Positions 50,074 through 60,022 are shown, counted from the stretch's first letter. The stretch is 64,000 nt of DNA from Alphaproteobacteria bacterium (GCA_040222995.1 JAVKBW010000008.1:12729-76728), one strand, 5' to 3'. Notes: generated by a model not told the origin, from the sequence alone. Made by a program: numbers and translations.

Positions 50074-52356
50074 TTAGCCTCCTATATTCTCCGCGATCCG
50101 GTCGCGGAATTGATTGAAGTTCACCCCGTGGCGGACGTGATATCCGCCCCGCTGGTACTTTGCGAGTTCGCCTTCGATAGCCTGAATACGTCCGAGCAGA
50201 TCATCCGCCGGTAGCCCCATGGCGACCTCCTCATTGTAGGTGATCAACAGGGCATCCCGTCGCTGCCTTAGCTCTTCGGCGTTCTCATCTTCACCGGCCC
50301 ATAGCTCCAGGTCTTCTTCCGGTATCAGACACTGCCGAAGCGGGAGCCGTTTGAGCTCCTCGACGTTGAACCGAGCACCGGCAACCATTGAAGCCTCATC
50401 GACCGACAAGATGTCCTGGAAAGCTGCAACGGCGTAGCTGAGCGCATCCACGATGTCGTCGTTCTTCAGCCCTCGCCCGTCATATTTAACGCCCGTCAAC
50501 TGGTTCACGAAATCGACGCCGTGCTCTGGATCGGTCAGAACGCCCCGGCAAACCAAGACCCGACCGGATGCAAAGGCCGGGGCAAGGGTTTCGATGATTC
50601 GCCGCCCCTTTCGCTGCTTACCAGTTGTCACCGGGTCCACTTTGATCGGGTAGCCGCGCCGGGCCGTCTCTCCTGCAAGCTGGGAAGCGAACAAGCCGTC
50701 CTTTTCCTGCTCGACCAGAATACGGTTAGCCTTGTGCTCAACGATGATCCGGGCACATTCCTGGATGGCCGCGCCGGTCGAGTGAGCCCGTACACCAATG
50801 GCCCGCCGAATGATCACCCTGCCGCCAGCGGTGGATGAGACAATCGACAAACCAATGGCATCACCCTTTCCGACCAACCCGCCAGCCGGGTCTACGGCTG
50901 CGACAGTCTGGACATAAGGCTTACAGTCCTGGGAAGCCTCCGACACGCCATGCCAATTGTCGCCTTCTTCGGCATGGCCCTTTGGGAGACCTTGGAGAAC
51001 GTCTCCACCCCCACGGATCACAATCGGGGCCGACATTGAGCCCGGCTCGATATCGACAACCGGCAACGAGGCAATCTTGATCGGGCGCTCGTTGGTCGCC
51101 GCCTGTGTCAGGTCGATCCGCCAGTGAAGCGCGAACAACCTGGTGGACATCTTCCGCTTTCTGCTTTCGATGTCCGCTGCCGAGAAACGGTCCGGCCAGC
51201 GGCTATGGAACACTTCCTTGCCATCCAGGATATCGGAATCGAACAGGCAAGCCCGGTGCTCATCCCAGGAGCCCTCTTCCACAAGCCGACCATACAGTGA
51301 CATCTCAGACTGAGGCGTCCCGAGAACCACGACGCGGCTGTATGGATCAGGCACAAGCACGTTATGCGCTTCCGAGATTTGATCCTGCAGCTTGTCGATT
51401 GAGTCGGCTGTGTCGTGCTTCGGCGTCTCCACATCATCCAAGATGATAAGTCGAGCCCGTTTGCCGGTAATCTGCCCAGTGATGCCAATTGAACGGAAGC
51501 TGACGGACATGCCCAGCTTTCCAGAGGCCGGACCAACGACAAAGCTGGAGGCGTTATCCGGGTCTTCGTCTTCGGGCCTCAGGTCTTCCAATACCGGGGA
51601 CCACTCGATGAACCCTCGGACCATCCGCAACATGTCACGCGCATGGCTTTCTCCCTGGGAGACGACAAGGATGGTCTCGTTCACCGGGTCGCGCCATAAA
51701 CGCCAAAGCGCATAGAAGGCCGTATAGGTCGATTTGGCTGAGCCTCGGGACGCAAGGATGAGGATATCCCGCTCCTTCGACAGCAGCCCCGAGACGATGT
51801 CGTCGTGAATTACACCCGGCTCACGCCATCCCGGCAACAAAGGCCGAATGACAGCATGAACGAAGGTCCAGAATGCAACACGCTCATCGGTCATGAGACC
51901 GCCGCCCGCCGGGTCCGCCCGCATCAACGTTGCCGCCTTTATTGCCGACAGCAATTCAGCCTTACGGGCCAGATCGGGCCGGTTCTGTTCGGACAGGCGC
52001 GTCAGTTCCGAAACCGCCTCACTGACCTCGGTTACGAATGCCTCGGTTTCCCGATAGGGATGAGCTGTGAACGGGGGAACCAGTACCGGCTTGCCCTTGC
52101 CCGGCTTGTTGCGGATTTCGTTGTTCGGTTTCGGCTTGTTGCGGGCCGCGCCACCTTGACAGCTTCGGCAGGTCGTATGCCAGCCGGTCTTGCTTTTGTT
52201 CAACGGTGAGAACGTTTCGTGGCCCAGGGGCTTAACCTCGCCACACGTATCGCACTCGTACGGTTGGCCCAGGTAGGCTTGTGCGGTGGGGCTAACTTTG
52301 GTCGCACCGGTAGCGTTTCGGGTGCCCATGAAGGCACCCTTCGTCGTTTTGGACAT
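50074..52356 (-). CDS. terL: Phage terminase large subunit with N-terminal zinc-ribbon/basic extension
   Basis: Walker A ILASRGSAKST and Walker B ARLIILDDVE. The RNaseH-like nuclease carries AAVDPAGG...GDAIGLSIV and DDIVDALSYAV. The N-terminal about 170 aa carry CDTC...CRSC and a lysine/arginine-rich tract. Confidence 0.85.
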   Translation of the reverse strand: MSKTTKGAFMGTRNATGATKVSPTAQAYLGQPYECDTCGEVKPLGHETFSPLNKSKTGWHTTCRSCQGGAARNKPKPNNEIRNKPGKGKPVLVPPFTAHPYRETEAFVTEVSEAVSELTRLSEQNRPDLARKAELLSAIKAATLMRADPAGGGLMTDERVAFWTFVHAVIRPLLPGWREPGVIHDDIVSGLLSKERDILILASRGSAKSTYTAFYALWRLWRDPVNETILVVSQGESHARDMLRMVRGFIEWSPVLEDLRPEDEDPDNASSFVVGPASGKLGMSVSFRSIGITGQITGKRARLIILDDVETPKHDTADSIDKLQDQISEAHNVLVPDPYSRVVVLGTPQSEMSLYGRLVEEGSWDEHRACLFDSDILDGKEVFHSRWPDRFSAADIESRKRKMSTRLFALHWRIDLTQAATNERPIKIASLPVVDIEPGSMSAPIVIRGGGDVLQGLPKGHAEEGDNWHGVSEASQDCKPYVQTVAAVDPAGGLVGKGDAIGLSIVSSTAGGRVIIRRAIGVRAHSTGAAIQECARIIVEHKANRILVEQEKDGLFASQLAGETARRGYPIKVDPVTTGKQRKGRRIIETLAPAFASGRVLVCRGVLTDPEHGVDFVNQLTGVKYDGRGLKNDDIVDALSYAVAAFQDILSVDEASMVAGARFNVEELKRLPLRQCLIPEEDLELWAGEDENAEELRQRRDALLITYNEEVAMGLPADDLLGRIQAIEGELAKYQRGGYHVRHGVNFNQFRDRIAENIGG

Positions 52357-52373
52357 TATTTCTCCTTAGAAGT

Positions 52374-52400
52374 AAAAAACCCCAAGGATGATCCTTGGGG
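52374..52400 (-). terminator. Intrinsic terminator downstream of the PEP-CTERM gene, 18 nt before the TerL start codon
   Basis: A 9-bp perfect stem (CCCCAAGGA/TCCTTGGGG) with a 3-nt loop is followed on the minus strand by TTTTTT. Confidence 0.6.
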
Positions 52401-52540
52401 TTCAGAGTGATGGGACATCGAGCCGCTTATTTACGCAATGCGGGCTCAATCAATAAAGGGATCATCTAACTGCTTTTGATCCTGAGCAGACAAAAGAAAA
52501 GGCCCCGCAGGACCCCTTCAACAAACAGTGAGCAAACTGT

Positions 52541-53239
52541 TTAAGCCGTATTTGGTCGTCTCAACCTGAGAAGCCCGAAACCTACTAGAGCCGTGGCTAG
52601 GAGTGGCAAAGCCGCTGGCACAGGAACTAGTGTTGGACTGTCATCTGAGGCTAACTGCAACGATATGTTATCCAGTGCTGAAGCTTCCGCAATCTCAGTG
52701 ATTTGGGAAAACGATGATATATCCAAGGGAACAAAATCGCTAAGAGCTACTGCAAACCTAACTTCATCGAAACCATTGAGATCAAACAGACCAAGGACTT
52801 GGGGAAGGGTGCCCATATCAAAAAGCCCAGAATCTGCGACAATGCCATTGTTCAATGTTTGCCAGAATCCTCGGTGTGCATCTAGAGGGTTATGCCCCGT
52901 GCCAATATTAAACTCTATGCCGACCATTTTTGCGTTGTCGGCAGTAGCGACTGAAATAAAGTTCCCAGCAGAACCTGTATATACAAAGTTCCCGCTTAAC
53001 CCGAGAAATCCGGCGTGGGTGTTACAGATGGTACCAGTTTGGCAAATAAGTTGTGTTGAGGTATCACGTGAAATCGCAATACCATTTTCTTCGAAACTAA
53101 GGCTCGTCATATTATCCAGATTAGTGGATCGATCTACAGAAAATACAGCAGATCCCGAACCAAATGTCTGCGTCGCCGCACTAGCTTGACCAACAAACAT
53201 CCCAAGAAGTGTCAATGCTCCAATAACCAATTTCCACAT
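52541..53239 (-). CDS. Secreted protein with C-terminal PEP-CTERM/VPLPA-CTERM-type sorting signal
   Basis: The signal peptide is MWKLVIGALTLLGMFVGQASA. The C-terminus VPVPAALPLLATALVGFGLLRLRRP has a Pro-rich motif, a TM helix and a basic tail. The gene is about 45% GC by eye. Confidence 0.7.
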   Translation of the reverse strand: MWKLVIGALTLLGMFVGQASAATQTFGSGSAVFSVDRSTNLDNMTSLSFEENGIAISRDTSTQLICQTGTICNTHAGFLGLSGNFVYTGSAGNFISVATADNAKMVGIEFNIGTGHNPLDAHRGFWQTLNNGIVADSGLFDMGTLPQVLGLFDLNGFDEVRFAVALSDFVPLDISSFSQITEIAEASALDNISLQLASDDSPTLVPVPAALPLLATALVGFGLLRLRRPNTA

Positions 53240-53537
53240 GATGCTTTCCACTCTTATAATTTGCAAAATCATAAAATTTATCTCCCATAACTATATATAA
53301 GGAGATTGTGCAGTGCTGCTATCAATAGGTGCATTTGCAATATCAACCTGCGGTATGATTGTCGACCACCATTGACTGAAACGTTATGGAGTCACAAAAC
53401 CTTAATTATATCAGTTGTCTCAGTTGCTGATTGTCCGTTGTTGGCACATACCGAACCAATGTCGATTCATCAGTTGATGTCCTAAGATAAGAGATAAGCG
53501 GACATTGCCGTACAATGCCCGCTCTCTCTGTTTGAGT

Positions 53538-54401
53538 TTAACTCCTTACAACAAGCCCATCGTGATAGACTGACGGGTTGTTGCGCTTCAGCGTCTCCCA
53601 GGCATTCGGATCGACTTCGATTTCCCGACCGTCAATCCTGACCTTCATCGGCCCGGCGCTCTTGGAGCCGGATTGCCCGCTGGACACTTTCGCGTATTGC
53701 TGTGCCCAATCAGTGAAGGCGCTGGCATCGCCAGCCCGGATAGCCTGAAGCCCGGCTGCCGTAATGGCGTGTCCGCCGAACTGCTGTCTGGCCCAATCCC
53801 AGAAACCCTGGTGATCCTCAATGCCCGCAACCTTGGTCACCAACTCGTTGATCGACGCCTCGACGTCTCCATAGACCTGTTGGGCCTGTTGCAGAAACGC
53901 CGCCGGGTCGATTCCATTGGCCCGCGCCATCTCCACTGCCGACTCCGGCAGTTGCGACGGGTCCGTCAGAAACTCGGACATGATCTGCGTTCCCGCACCC
54001 TTCCCAAGCTGGGCATCGAAGGCGGGCAACCAATCCTGTAGAGCGTCGGACGTGCTGTCGGCCACCTCAAGGTCGCCTTCCGGCTCCTGCTGGTGATCGG
54101 ACTCCGCCCGCTCACTGGGGCGCTGATCCTCAGGTGTATCCGTATAGACACCCTGGGAGTCCTTATGGACATACCCATGGCGCTCCGCATCGCCCAGACG
54201 CATTGAGACGCCCTGGACGGTCACGATATCGTCGCCCGTCGCTTCTCGCCCGGCAATCGCCGCCCCGGTCTGATCGGTCGCGGTTGCCATGATGTCGCCG
54301 CCCCGGCGTACCGAGCTCGGGCTTGGGTCCACGAATTGCCGGGTCGGCTGTTCGTTGGACCGGATCGTTACGTCCGTCTGTGGTGTGTTTTCGTTTGTCA
54401 T
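53538..54401 (-). CDS. Hypothetical protein (288 aa, acidic, phage-context)
   Basis: Long ORF with an ATG at 54401 and coding-like composition. I recognised no motif. Confidence 0.5.
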   Translation of the reverse strand: MTNENTPQTDVTIRSNEQPTRQFVDPSPSSVRRGGDIMATATDQTGAAIAGREATGDDIVTVQGVSMRLGDAERHGYVHKDSQGVYTDTPEDQRPSERAESDHQQEPEGDLEVADSTSDALQDWLPAFDAQLGKGAGTQIMSEFLTDPSQLPESAVEMARANGIDPAAFLQQAQQVYGDVEASINELVTKVAGIEDHQGFWDWARQQFGGHAITAAGLQAIRAGDASAFTDWAQQYAKVSSGQSGSKSAGPMKVRIDGREIEVDPNAWETLKRNNPSVYHDGLVVRS

Positions 54402-54482
54402 TGAATTCTCCTTGTAGTTGGTCAAACGAAAAGCGGCCCAACTAGGGGCCACTCATCGTCTGTGTCGTTGATGTGTTTTGGT

Positions 54483-54683
54483 TTAGTTGCCGATCAGTGT
54501 TCCCAGGTTCCCGACAACGCTGCCGCCATCCGGTGCCGTGCGTGGGGACCGAACAGCGTTCTCTTTGACACCGTCCAGATTTCCGTCATTGCCGATAAGC
54601 TGGAGGGCCGTAATGTCGCCCGAGGCAGAATCGACGTGAACCACATAGGCCTTGTCGTTGTGCTCATAGATGAATTTGGTCAT
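54483..54683 (-). CDS. Hypothetical small protein
   Basis: 66-aa ORF whose start overlaps the stop of the upstream ORF by 4 nt. Confidence 0.4.
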   Translation of the reverse strand: MTKFIYEHNDKAYVVHVDSASGDITALQLIGNDGNLDGVKENAVRSPRTAPDGGSVVGNLGTLIGN

Positions 54684-54952
54684 TGGTTTCTCCTGTTTGT
54701 TTGCGTCTTCTCCAATAGGGTTTTCTGCTTCAACAGCCCCTTCAGACGCTTGATGGTTTTGTGGTCTTCGTATCGATGCATTCCAAGGTCCTGTTGGGAC
54801 CGCTCAAGGTCGTCGATACGTTGCTGTAGTGCCGCACACCCTGTGCAACGGCAGTACCGTCCCGCCTCTTCAAGTTCGAGATCGTATGGCGGAGCGGATT
54901 GGTGACGGCCCAGATCGGCCAGTGTTTGAGATACGATGTCATTCAGTGACAT
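54680..54952 (-). CDS. Hypothetical small protein
   Basis: The ATG at 54952 is preceded by AAGGAGA. The protein is 90 aa with a CRCTGC motif and a coiled-coil tail. Confidence 0.45.
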   Translation of the reverse strand: MSLNDIVSQTLADLGRHQSAPPYDLELEEAGRYCRCTGCAALQQRIDDLERSQQDLGMHRYEDHKTIKRLKGLLKQKTLLEKTQTNRRNQ

Positions 54953-55227
54953 TAAGTCTCCTTCTAAAGTGGCACCTCTGGACCCGAAACGCCGGAACAT
55001 GTCGAGAAGCCAGAGGGATGTTTAGGTTTGGTCATGAGAAAGAGGCGGCGACAAAGACGCCTTCCAGGACTGTGCTAGAGCCGTCTTAAAGTTCGGACAC
55101 AACTCCGTCCTGGAACTACTTAGGTCTGTCTCTAGCTTGGGGGCTTTTCCGCCCCCGCCGCCAATAGAGCCAACTCAATAGTACTCATTATCCCCTAAGA
55201 GATTACTTCCTTAGGGGATCGTGACAC

Positions 55228-57015
55228 CTATTTCACAAAGGCTTTTGTCCGGCCCTCTTTGAGCGTCTCTATATCCAGGAACTCGACAGCCGTTCGAACC
55301 TGCACGTTCCTTAGCAACCGCCCAAAGTTTTGACCCGACAACCCGAGAGTGGTCCGAGCCTCTGCGAATGTCAGTCGGTGCCCAGGGCTTAGCGCCTCGA
55401 GCATGGAAACGAATTGATCCGCGTTTGTGATGGTCTTCGGTTTCTCCTGTACGGAACTCGGCTTCCAGAGCCTTATGTTGGCCCCTGGGAACCACGTCGG
55501 CAGGGCCTTTTCGATTCCGGTCTTGGGCAAAGCCATGATCCAGGCATTGCAGGGGCGGCAGTCGCCTCTGTCGGGCAGACGTGCAGACGCCCGGCAAAGT
55601 GCCTGTAGAATGTGGTGCCCGAGTTCCCCAAGGCGAACCTTGGACCGATCTGCGGTCAGAACCTTACGATCCGGCTGCAGTTCCGCAGACGCCCGTTTCA
55701 TCGCTTCATAGTCGTTGTCCGAATAGAACAGCGTCCCGGCCAGTATCACGTTTTCACAGCCAACAAAGTCGTTGGTTGCGGTATGCCTACCCCAATTCAG
55801 GAAGGCGACGTTTTCCGGTCGCGACAGCCTCTCCCTCAGCTTTCGGGGAATATCGGGCACACCCCCGTCACGGCGTCCAATCCGACTGGCCTTGTGGTGA
55901 ACGACCAGCCACTTTTCGGTCGGCTTGGATTCGATGAGTTCTGCTATTCCGCTCAGGTATGCCTCGCTATTGTCGGGCCGCTTCCAGGCGGTCTTGGAAC
56001 CGGACGCCCGCCAAACGGATATCGTCAGGTTCTCATAGGTCTTGTAGGCACAGGGAAGCCGCTCAACACGCCCCAGCCGCTCCTGGTCGGCATATTGCTG
56101 GCGAATTCTGCCGGATGCATCGGTGACCACCACCGGATAGATATCGTCCGGCAAAGTCGGCCTGAAGTGAACCTTGGCGACCTCGCCTCCATTCTTGCTG
56201 ACATGAACATTCTTTCCCGATATCGCGGCCAAATCCAGGAACGACTCCGCAGAAAGACCGGTGCCGCGTTCACCGGACAGGTATTCGTCAACATCGGTTG
56301 CCCCCAGGGAGCCGACCCAGTGCGGGAACTGCATTGAACCGCCGTCCTGCCACGAGTCCAAATCCGACCTTACTTGCGCGAGCAAATCAGCCGCCTCCTC
56401 TTCGTACTTCCTGGAGAGGGCACCTATGGCTTGGCCCAGGGACCGCTTGTCGATTTTAATGCCACGAGTAACGGAGAAGGTTTCGTCCCATACTCTCAGC
56501 TTTCGTGACTGTCCCCGGTAATCCAGCTCCCAGGCATCGGACATCCGGCGTCCTTTGGTCATTCGCCGGACCCGCTCGTGCGTTGTCAGGAGAATAGGCC
56601 GATATTCCAGGTTGTCCGACTTTTCCTTTTCGAACGCCTTGTTTCCGGCAACCCAAATTCCGATCCTGCTTTGGTGAATACCCATCGCCAACAGTTGGTC
56701 CCGGAAGTCGTGCGCCTGTTGGATGCGTTCGACGCAGATCAATGCGCCTGGGTGCCGTCCATCCGAACGATCCCGATGTACCGGCTCCAGAGCCGCCAAA
56801 TAGCTGCTGATCGCTGTCGTCTTGCCGACGCCCGGATCGAGGCTGCTGAGGTAAGCGACGTTATCGGCTTCACCATTGGTTATCCGGTCGAACGTTTGGA
56901 TGAGTGATTGAAGGGCGGACCATTGGTCGGACGCCAGAGACGCGCCACGGTCATTCATGGCGGCACGTAGTTTATTCATGGCCGCACGGGCGACCGGCGA
57001 CAGTTCCGTATTCAT
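55228..57015 (-). CDS. P-loop NTPase, helicase-like (putative replication/mobilisation protein) with C-terminal wHTH-like tail
   Basis: Walker A LDPGVGKTT and Walker B/DExx-like LRVWDETF. The ATG at 57015 has an AGGAG SD. The family was not identified with certainty. Confidence 0.65.
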   Translation of the reverse strand: MNTELSPVARAAMNKLRAAMNDRGASLASDQWSALQSLIQTFDRITNGEADNVAYLSSLDPGVGKTTAISSYLAALEPVHRDRSDGRHPGALICVERIQQAHDFRDQLLAMGIHQSRIGIWVAGNKAFEKEKSDNLEYRPILLTTHERVRRMTKGRRMSDAWELDYRGQSRKLRVWDETFSVTRGIKIDKRSLGQAIGALSRKYEEEAADLLAQVRSDLDSWQDGGSMQFPHWVGSLGATDVDEYLSGERGTGLSAESFLDLAAISGKNVHVSKNGGEVAKVHFRPTLPDDIYPVVVTDASGRIRQQYADQERLGRVERLPCAYKTYENLTISVWRASGSKTAWKRPDNSEAYLSGIAELIESKPTEKWLVVHHKASRIGRRDGGVPDIPRKLRERLSRPENVAFLNWGRHTATNDFVGCENVILAGTLFYSDNDYEAMKRASAELQPDRKVLTADRSKVRLGELGHHILQALCRASARLPDRGDCRPCNAWIMALPKTGIEKALPTWFPGANIRLWKPSSVQEKPKTITNADQFVSMLEALSPGHRLTFAEARTTLGLSGQNFGRLLRNVQVRTAVEFLDIETLKEGRTKAFVK

Positions 57016-57228
57016 ACTGTTACTCCTGTGTGGATGTGAATTGGTCTCCACGCAGGACTACAAAGACAGGGCCCGCCTCACCGGTTTGAACCGATGAAAC
57101 GGGCCGCTTTCACAACCTACATGGAGAATGCCCTGGCTGATCGGGCCAAGGAGACGACAGAGAGAAGTTTGATGTGATCAGGCCGTGCAGGACTTATTGG
57201 ACACGGCGCTCCGACACTGTCGGGCAAC

Positions 57229-57591
57229 TCATGTACTTCTCCCCTTCACAGTGCGTCCATTAGGTGTTACGCGGGGATAGAAACGAGTTAGCCGCTCGAT
57301 ATACCGCAGCTTGAACTGCATGGCTTTCTGACCGGTGTAACCCATGACCAAAACCGTGAACCCATCTTTGGTCATGTCATAGGCGGGATACTCTCGGACC
57401 CCAAAACCGGTCGGGCGAGTGAATGTTGTTCGCAGGAACAGCCCCTCACCTAGGTCTCCAGATTTGGAGATCAAGTCGTCAATGTCTCGTACCACATGCG
57501 TGTGCTGTTTCCCAAAGAACTCCGCAACGTCCTTACTGTTGGCGAACACGACGTTGTCCTTAACGTGTACTACTGGCTGAATGTCCTTCAT
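57229..57591 (-). CDS. Rha-family phage regulatory protein
   Basis: VVFANSKDVAEFFGKQHTHVVRDIDDLI...YDMTKDGFTVLVMGYTGQKAMQFKLRYIERL matches the Phage_pRha pattern. Confidence 0.8.
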   Translation of the reverse strand: MKDIQPVVHVKDNVVFANSKDVAEFFGKQHTHVVRDIDDLISKSGDLGEGLFLRTTFTRPTGFGVREYPAYDMTKDGFTVLVMGYTGQKAMQFKLRYIERLTRFYPRVTPNGRTVKGRST

Positions 57592-57615
57592 GGTGTGTCT
57601 TCCTTTTGATCATAC

Positions 57616-57641
57616 AAAAACCCCCGCCGATCTGACGGGGG
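57616..57641 (-). terminator. Terminator-like hairpin upstream of rha
   Basis: A CCCCCG/CGGGGG stem with a 9-nt loop is followed on the minus strand by TTTTT. Confidence 0.35.
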
Positions 57642-57812
57642 CTACTCTCTGTCACAGTGGGGGGCTTTTGTGTTACGGGCGCTGTAAGCGAGGTGTCGCC
57701 TTGCGTTGGGGCCGCCGCAGAAATACCTGAAAAATTGACATTCGACTGTGTGTCTGGAGAGACTTCCCCGTACCACTTGGACTTTCAAACTATCGTCTGT
57801 TAGTAGTGAATT

Positions 57813-58217
57813 GTGAGCCGATTTGTAATTTTGTTTGCAACACTACTCGCGTCTTGTTCCTACGATGCCATGACAGAGGCAATGGTGTCCTGGAAGGGCG
57901 CACACATTTCGGAAGCCATCGACCAGTGGGGACCACCGGACGATGAGCGGACTGTCGCTGATTTTACCAGCTACCTATGGTACCGGGGCGGCGAACCGGC
58001 AACCATAACAACCTATGCCCCTGCGACCGGATATGTTGGCAGTGAGCCGGTCTATATGTCCGTGCCGACAACTACCCAGATTTCAACAAAGTGTACCCGT
58101 CAGTTGTACTTCGACAGCGGGGGGACGATCACGCATGTCAAATGGGAAGGTGGCGGCTGCTGCGTTATGACCGTATCGGGCTGGTGCGCTACTATCGGGT
58201 ATCGCGACGGAAACTAA
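57813..58217 (+). CDS. Hypothetical lipoprotein
   Basis: GTG start. The product begins MSRFVILFATLLASCSY, which carries a lipobox (LLASC). It is 134 aa. Confidence 0.5.
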   Translation: MSRFVILFATLLASCSYDAMTEAMVSWKGAHISEAIDQWGPPDDERTVADFTSYLWYRGGEPATITTYAPATGYVGSEPVYMSVPTTTQISTKCTRQLYFDSGGTITHVKWEGGGCCVMTVSGWCATIGYRDGN

Positions 58218-58503
58218 GGACTTCCGCTAGTTGGTTCGAATCCACGGCTGTAGAGGCCGTGAGAAGCGGCCCAAAGGCCACCCAAGGCTCCCTGCCGCGC
58301 CCCCGTTCATGGGCGATTGTAACGCTGGGTTCCGTGGCCCCCGGTGCATACCCATCAACGTACTGGGTTTCTTCATCCGCTACGGGCTCACCCCAGGTCA
58401 GCCTTGGGGACTGCTTTTGGAGTGCATCGCGCACCAATTGTGTCTCCGACAGAATGTCCATTTCAGAAAGGCGGACAGGAAACGGTAGAATAGTTGCGGT
58501 CAT
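58192..58503 (-). CDS. Hypothetical protein
   Basis: 103-aa ORF upstream of nothing recognisable. It overlaps the lipoprotein 3' end by 26 nt. Confidence 0.35.
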   Translation of the reverse strand: MTATILPFPVRLSEMDILSETQLVRDALQKQSPRLTWGEPVADEETQYVDGYAPGATEPSVTIAHERGRGREPWVAFGPLLTASTAVDSNQLAEVLSFRRDTR

Positions 58504-58592
58504 GTTCGGCTCCTATGGTTGGTCCTTTAAGACACTTAAGGGGCGATATTTCCAAAGTCAGTAGTTGGTTCCTTGTATTTTTGTATCAGCGG

Positions 58593-59255
58593 CTAGCCTT
58601 GCAGAACCCGCTTCACCTGTTGCGGGTGCCAGCGACCCCCTCGGGCAGACGGAATGCCCCTTTCGTTCAACTCATTAGCGATGGCCCTAAGCGAGCTCGC
58701 TCCACGCGAGCGAATATCGTCAATGATCGGTCGAAGGTCTGCCCAGCGTTCTCGAGCGTTCTGTTGGGCCTTGGTTGTCCCCAGGGCTCGCCCCTTAACC
58801 GCCGCCGCCTCCGACAAGTTCCCAGGAGAGCCCAGCGTCTTACCCCGAGCCTTCGCCGCCCGAAGGGCCGCTTTGGTCCGTTCCGATATCATCCGACGCT
58901 CCTGCTGAGCCACGACCGCCATAATGCCTACCGTCATTTCGTTGGCTTCTGGCAGATCGGCAGCAACGAACCGGGTCTTGCTGTTCTGGAGTGTCAGTAG
59001 AAATGCCGCATCTCTGGAGAGCCGGTCCAACTTCGCCACAACGAGCGTTGCTCCGTACAACCGACAAGACCGAAGCGCGGCATCCAACTTAGGTCGGGCA
59101 TTGTTTCCGCCGCGTTCGACCTCGGTGAACGCGTCCACGATCTCCCAGTCTTTGCCATTCACATAGTCCGACACGGCTGCTTGCTGTGCCTCCAGGCCCA
59201 GGCCCGACCTGCCCTGCCGATCCGTCGAGACCCGATAGTATGCAACGTATTTCAT
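58593..59255 (-). CDS. Serine recombinase (resolvase/invertase family)
   Basis: YYRVSTDRQ is the catalytic Ser motif, followed by LVVAKLDRLSRD and a C-terminal HTH (SLRAIANELNERGIPSARGGRW). The ATG at 59255 has a GGGAG SD. Confidence 0.88.
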   Translation of the reverse strand: MKYVAYYRVSTDRQGRSGLGLEAQQAAVSDYVNGKDWEIVDAFTEVERGGNNARPKLDAALRSCRLYGATLVVAKLDRLSRDAAFLLTLQNSKTRFVAADLPEANEMTVGIMAVVAQQERRMISERTKAALRAAKARGKTLGSPGNLSEAAAVKGRALGTTKAQQNARERWADLRPIIDDIRSRGASSLRAIANELNERGIPSARGGRWHPQQVKRVLQG

Positions 59256-59507
59256 CTGTCCGCTCCCTGTGAACGCTGGTTTACTGGATTGTGACAGAGA
59301 TATTGAGTCGGATAGCCAACAGATCAAGAAGAAATGTGCCCGGCATTCCAATCGATTCTCAGCGCCGCTGCGGAGTCCACTGGCGAGCCTCGGGCTATCT
59401 CGAGTCCCTTCGACCGGCTGGATACTAGATGCGCTCTGTGACTCTTAAAATCGATCCTAGGGGCATTCCAGCTTTCTCTTGTTCTCTTATTGTTCTATTG
59501 TTTGGCC

Positions 59508-59696
59508 ATGCCAGATCGATCCATCCCCATCGAAGAACAGACGCTGCGTGACGCCCTTCTGTTGCTGCGATCCCCCAAGCCTGGGTTGCCCGCCGATACC
59601 GAGATCAGGCGACGAACCATCAGAACCATTGAAGCGGCCTTAATGGGAGCCTGGGGATCATCCCAGGAGACTGCAAAGAAAAACTCAAAGGAATAG
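59508..59696 (+). CDS. Possible small ORF (62 aa)
   Basis: ATG at 59508. There is no motif and it may not be coding. Confidence 0.25.
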   Translation: MPDRSIPIEEQTLRDALLLLRSPKPGLPADTEIRRRTIRTIEAALMGAWGSSQETAKKNSKE

Positions 59697-59928
59697 AGGG
59701 GTGCCCCCACGGGGGAAATGCATATCGCGCTCGGGAGAAACTGAGACATTGTGGATGCAGATTGGCACCCCATTATTAAAACGACAGTAGGCCAAGAGAA
59801 CTAACTGAGAGCAACTCCAACAGCTTTCTGGCCCTAAGACAGGCGATGATAACTACCTGTTGGATGTGTCAAGCTTGTAGGAAGAATGTTAGTTCGTAGG
59901 GAGAAAAACCAAAAACACAGAAGAAAAT

Positions 59929-59940
59929 CTAACAAATAGG
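59929..59940 (+). repeat. Left arm of a perfect 12-bp inverted repeat bracketing the two-gene cassette
   Basis: CTAACAAATAGG, whose exact reverse complement occurs at 62702-62713. Confidence 0.8.
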
Positions 59941-60022
59941 TGAATCTGTTATCCTTCACAAAGTGCATCGCTATGGATTTGTGTATAAAAGGTGTAGCTA
60001 AGCAGCACCGTTTCGCAAAAGC

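Noticed and set aside
59342-59470. Direct 9-mer repeat GGCATTCCA (59342-59350 and 59462-59470) upstream of the serine recombinase gene, considered as possible res/hix sites
   Set aside because: A 9-mer repeat within about 250 nt is not far from chance expectation. The flanks do not match and neither copy is dyad-symmetric.
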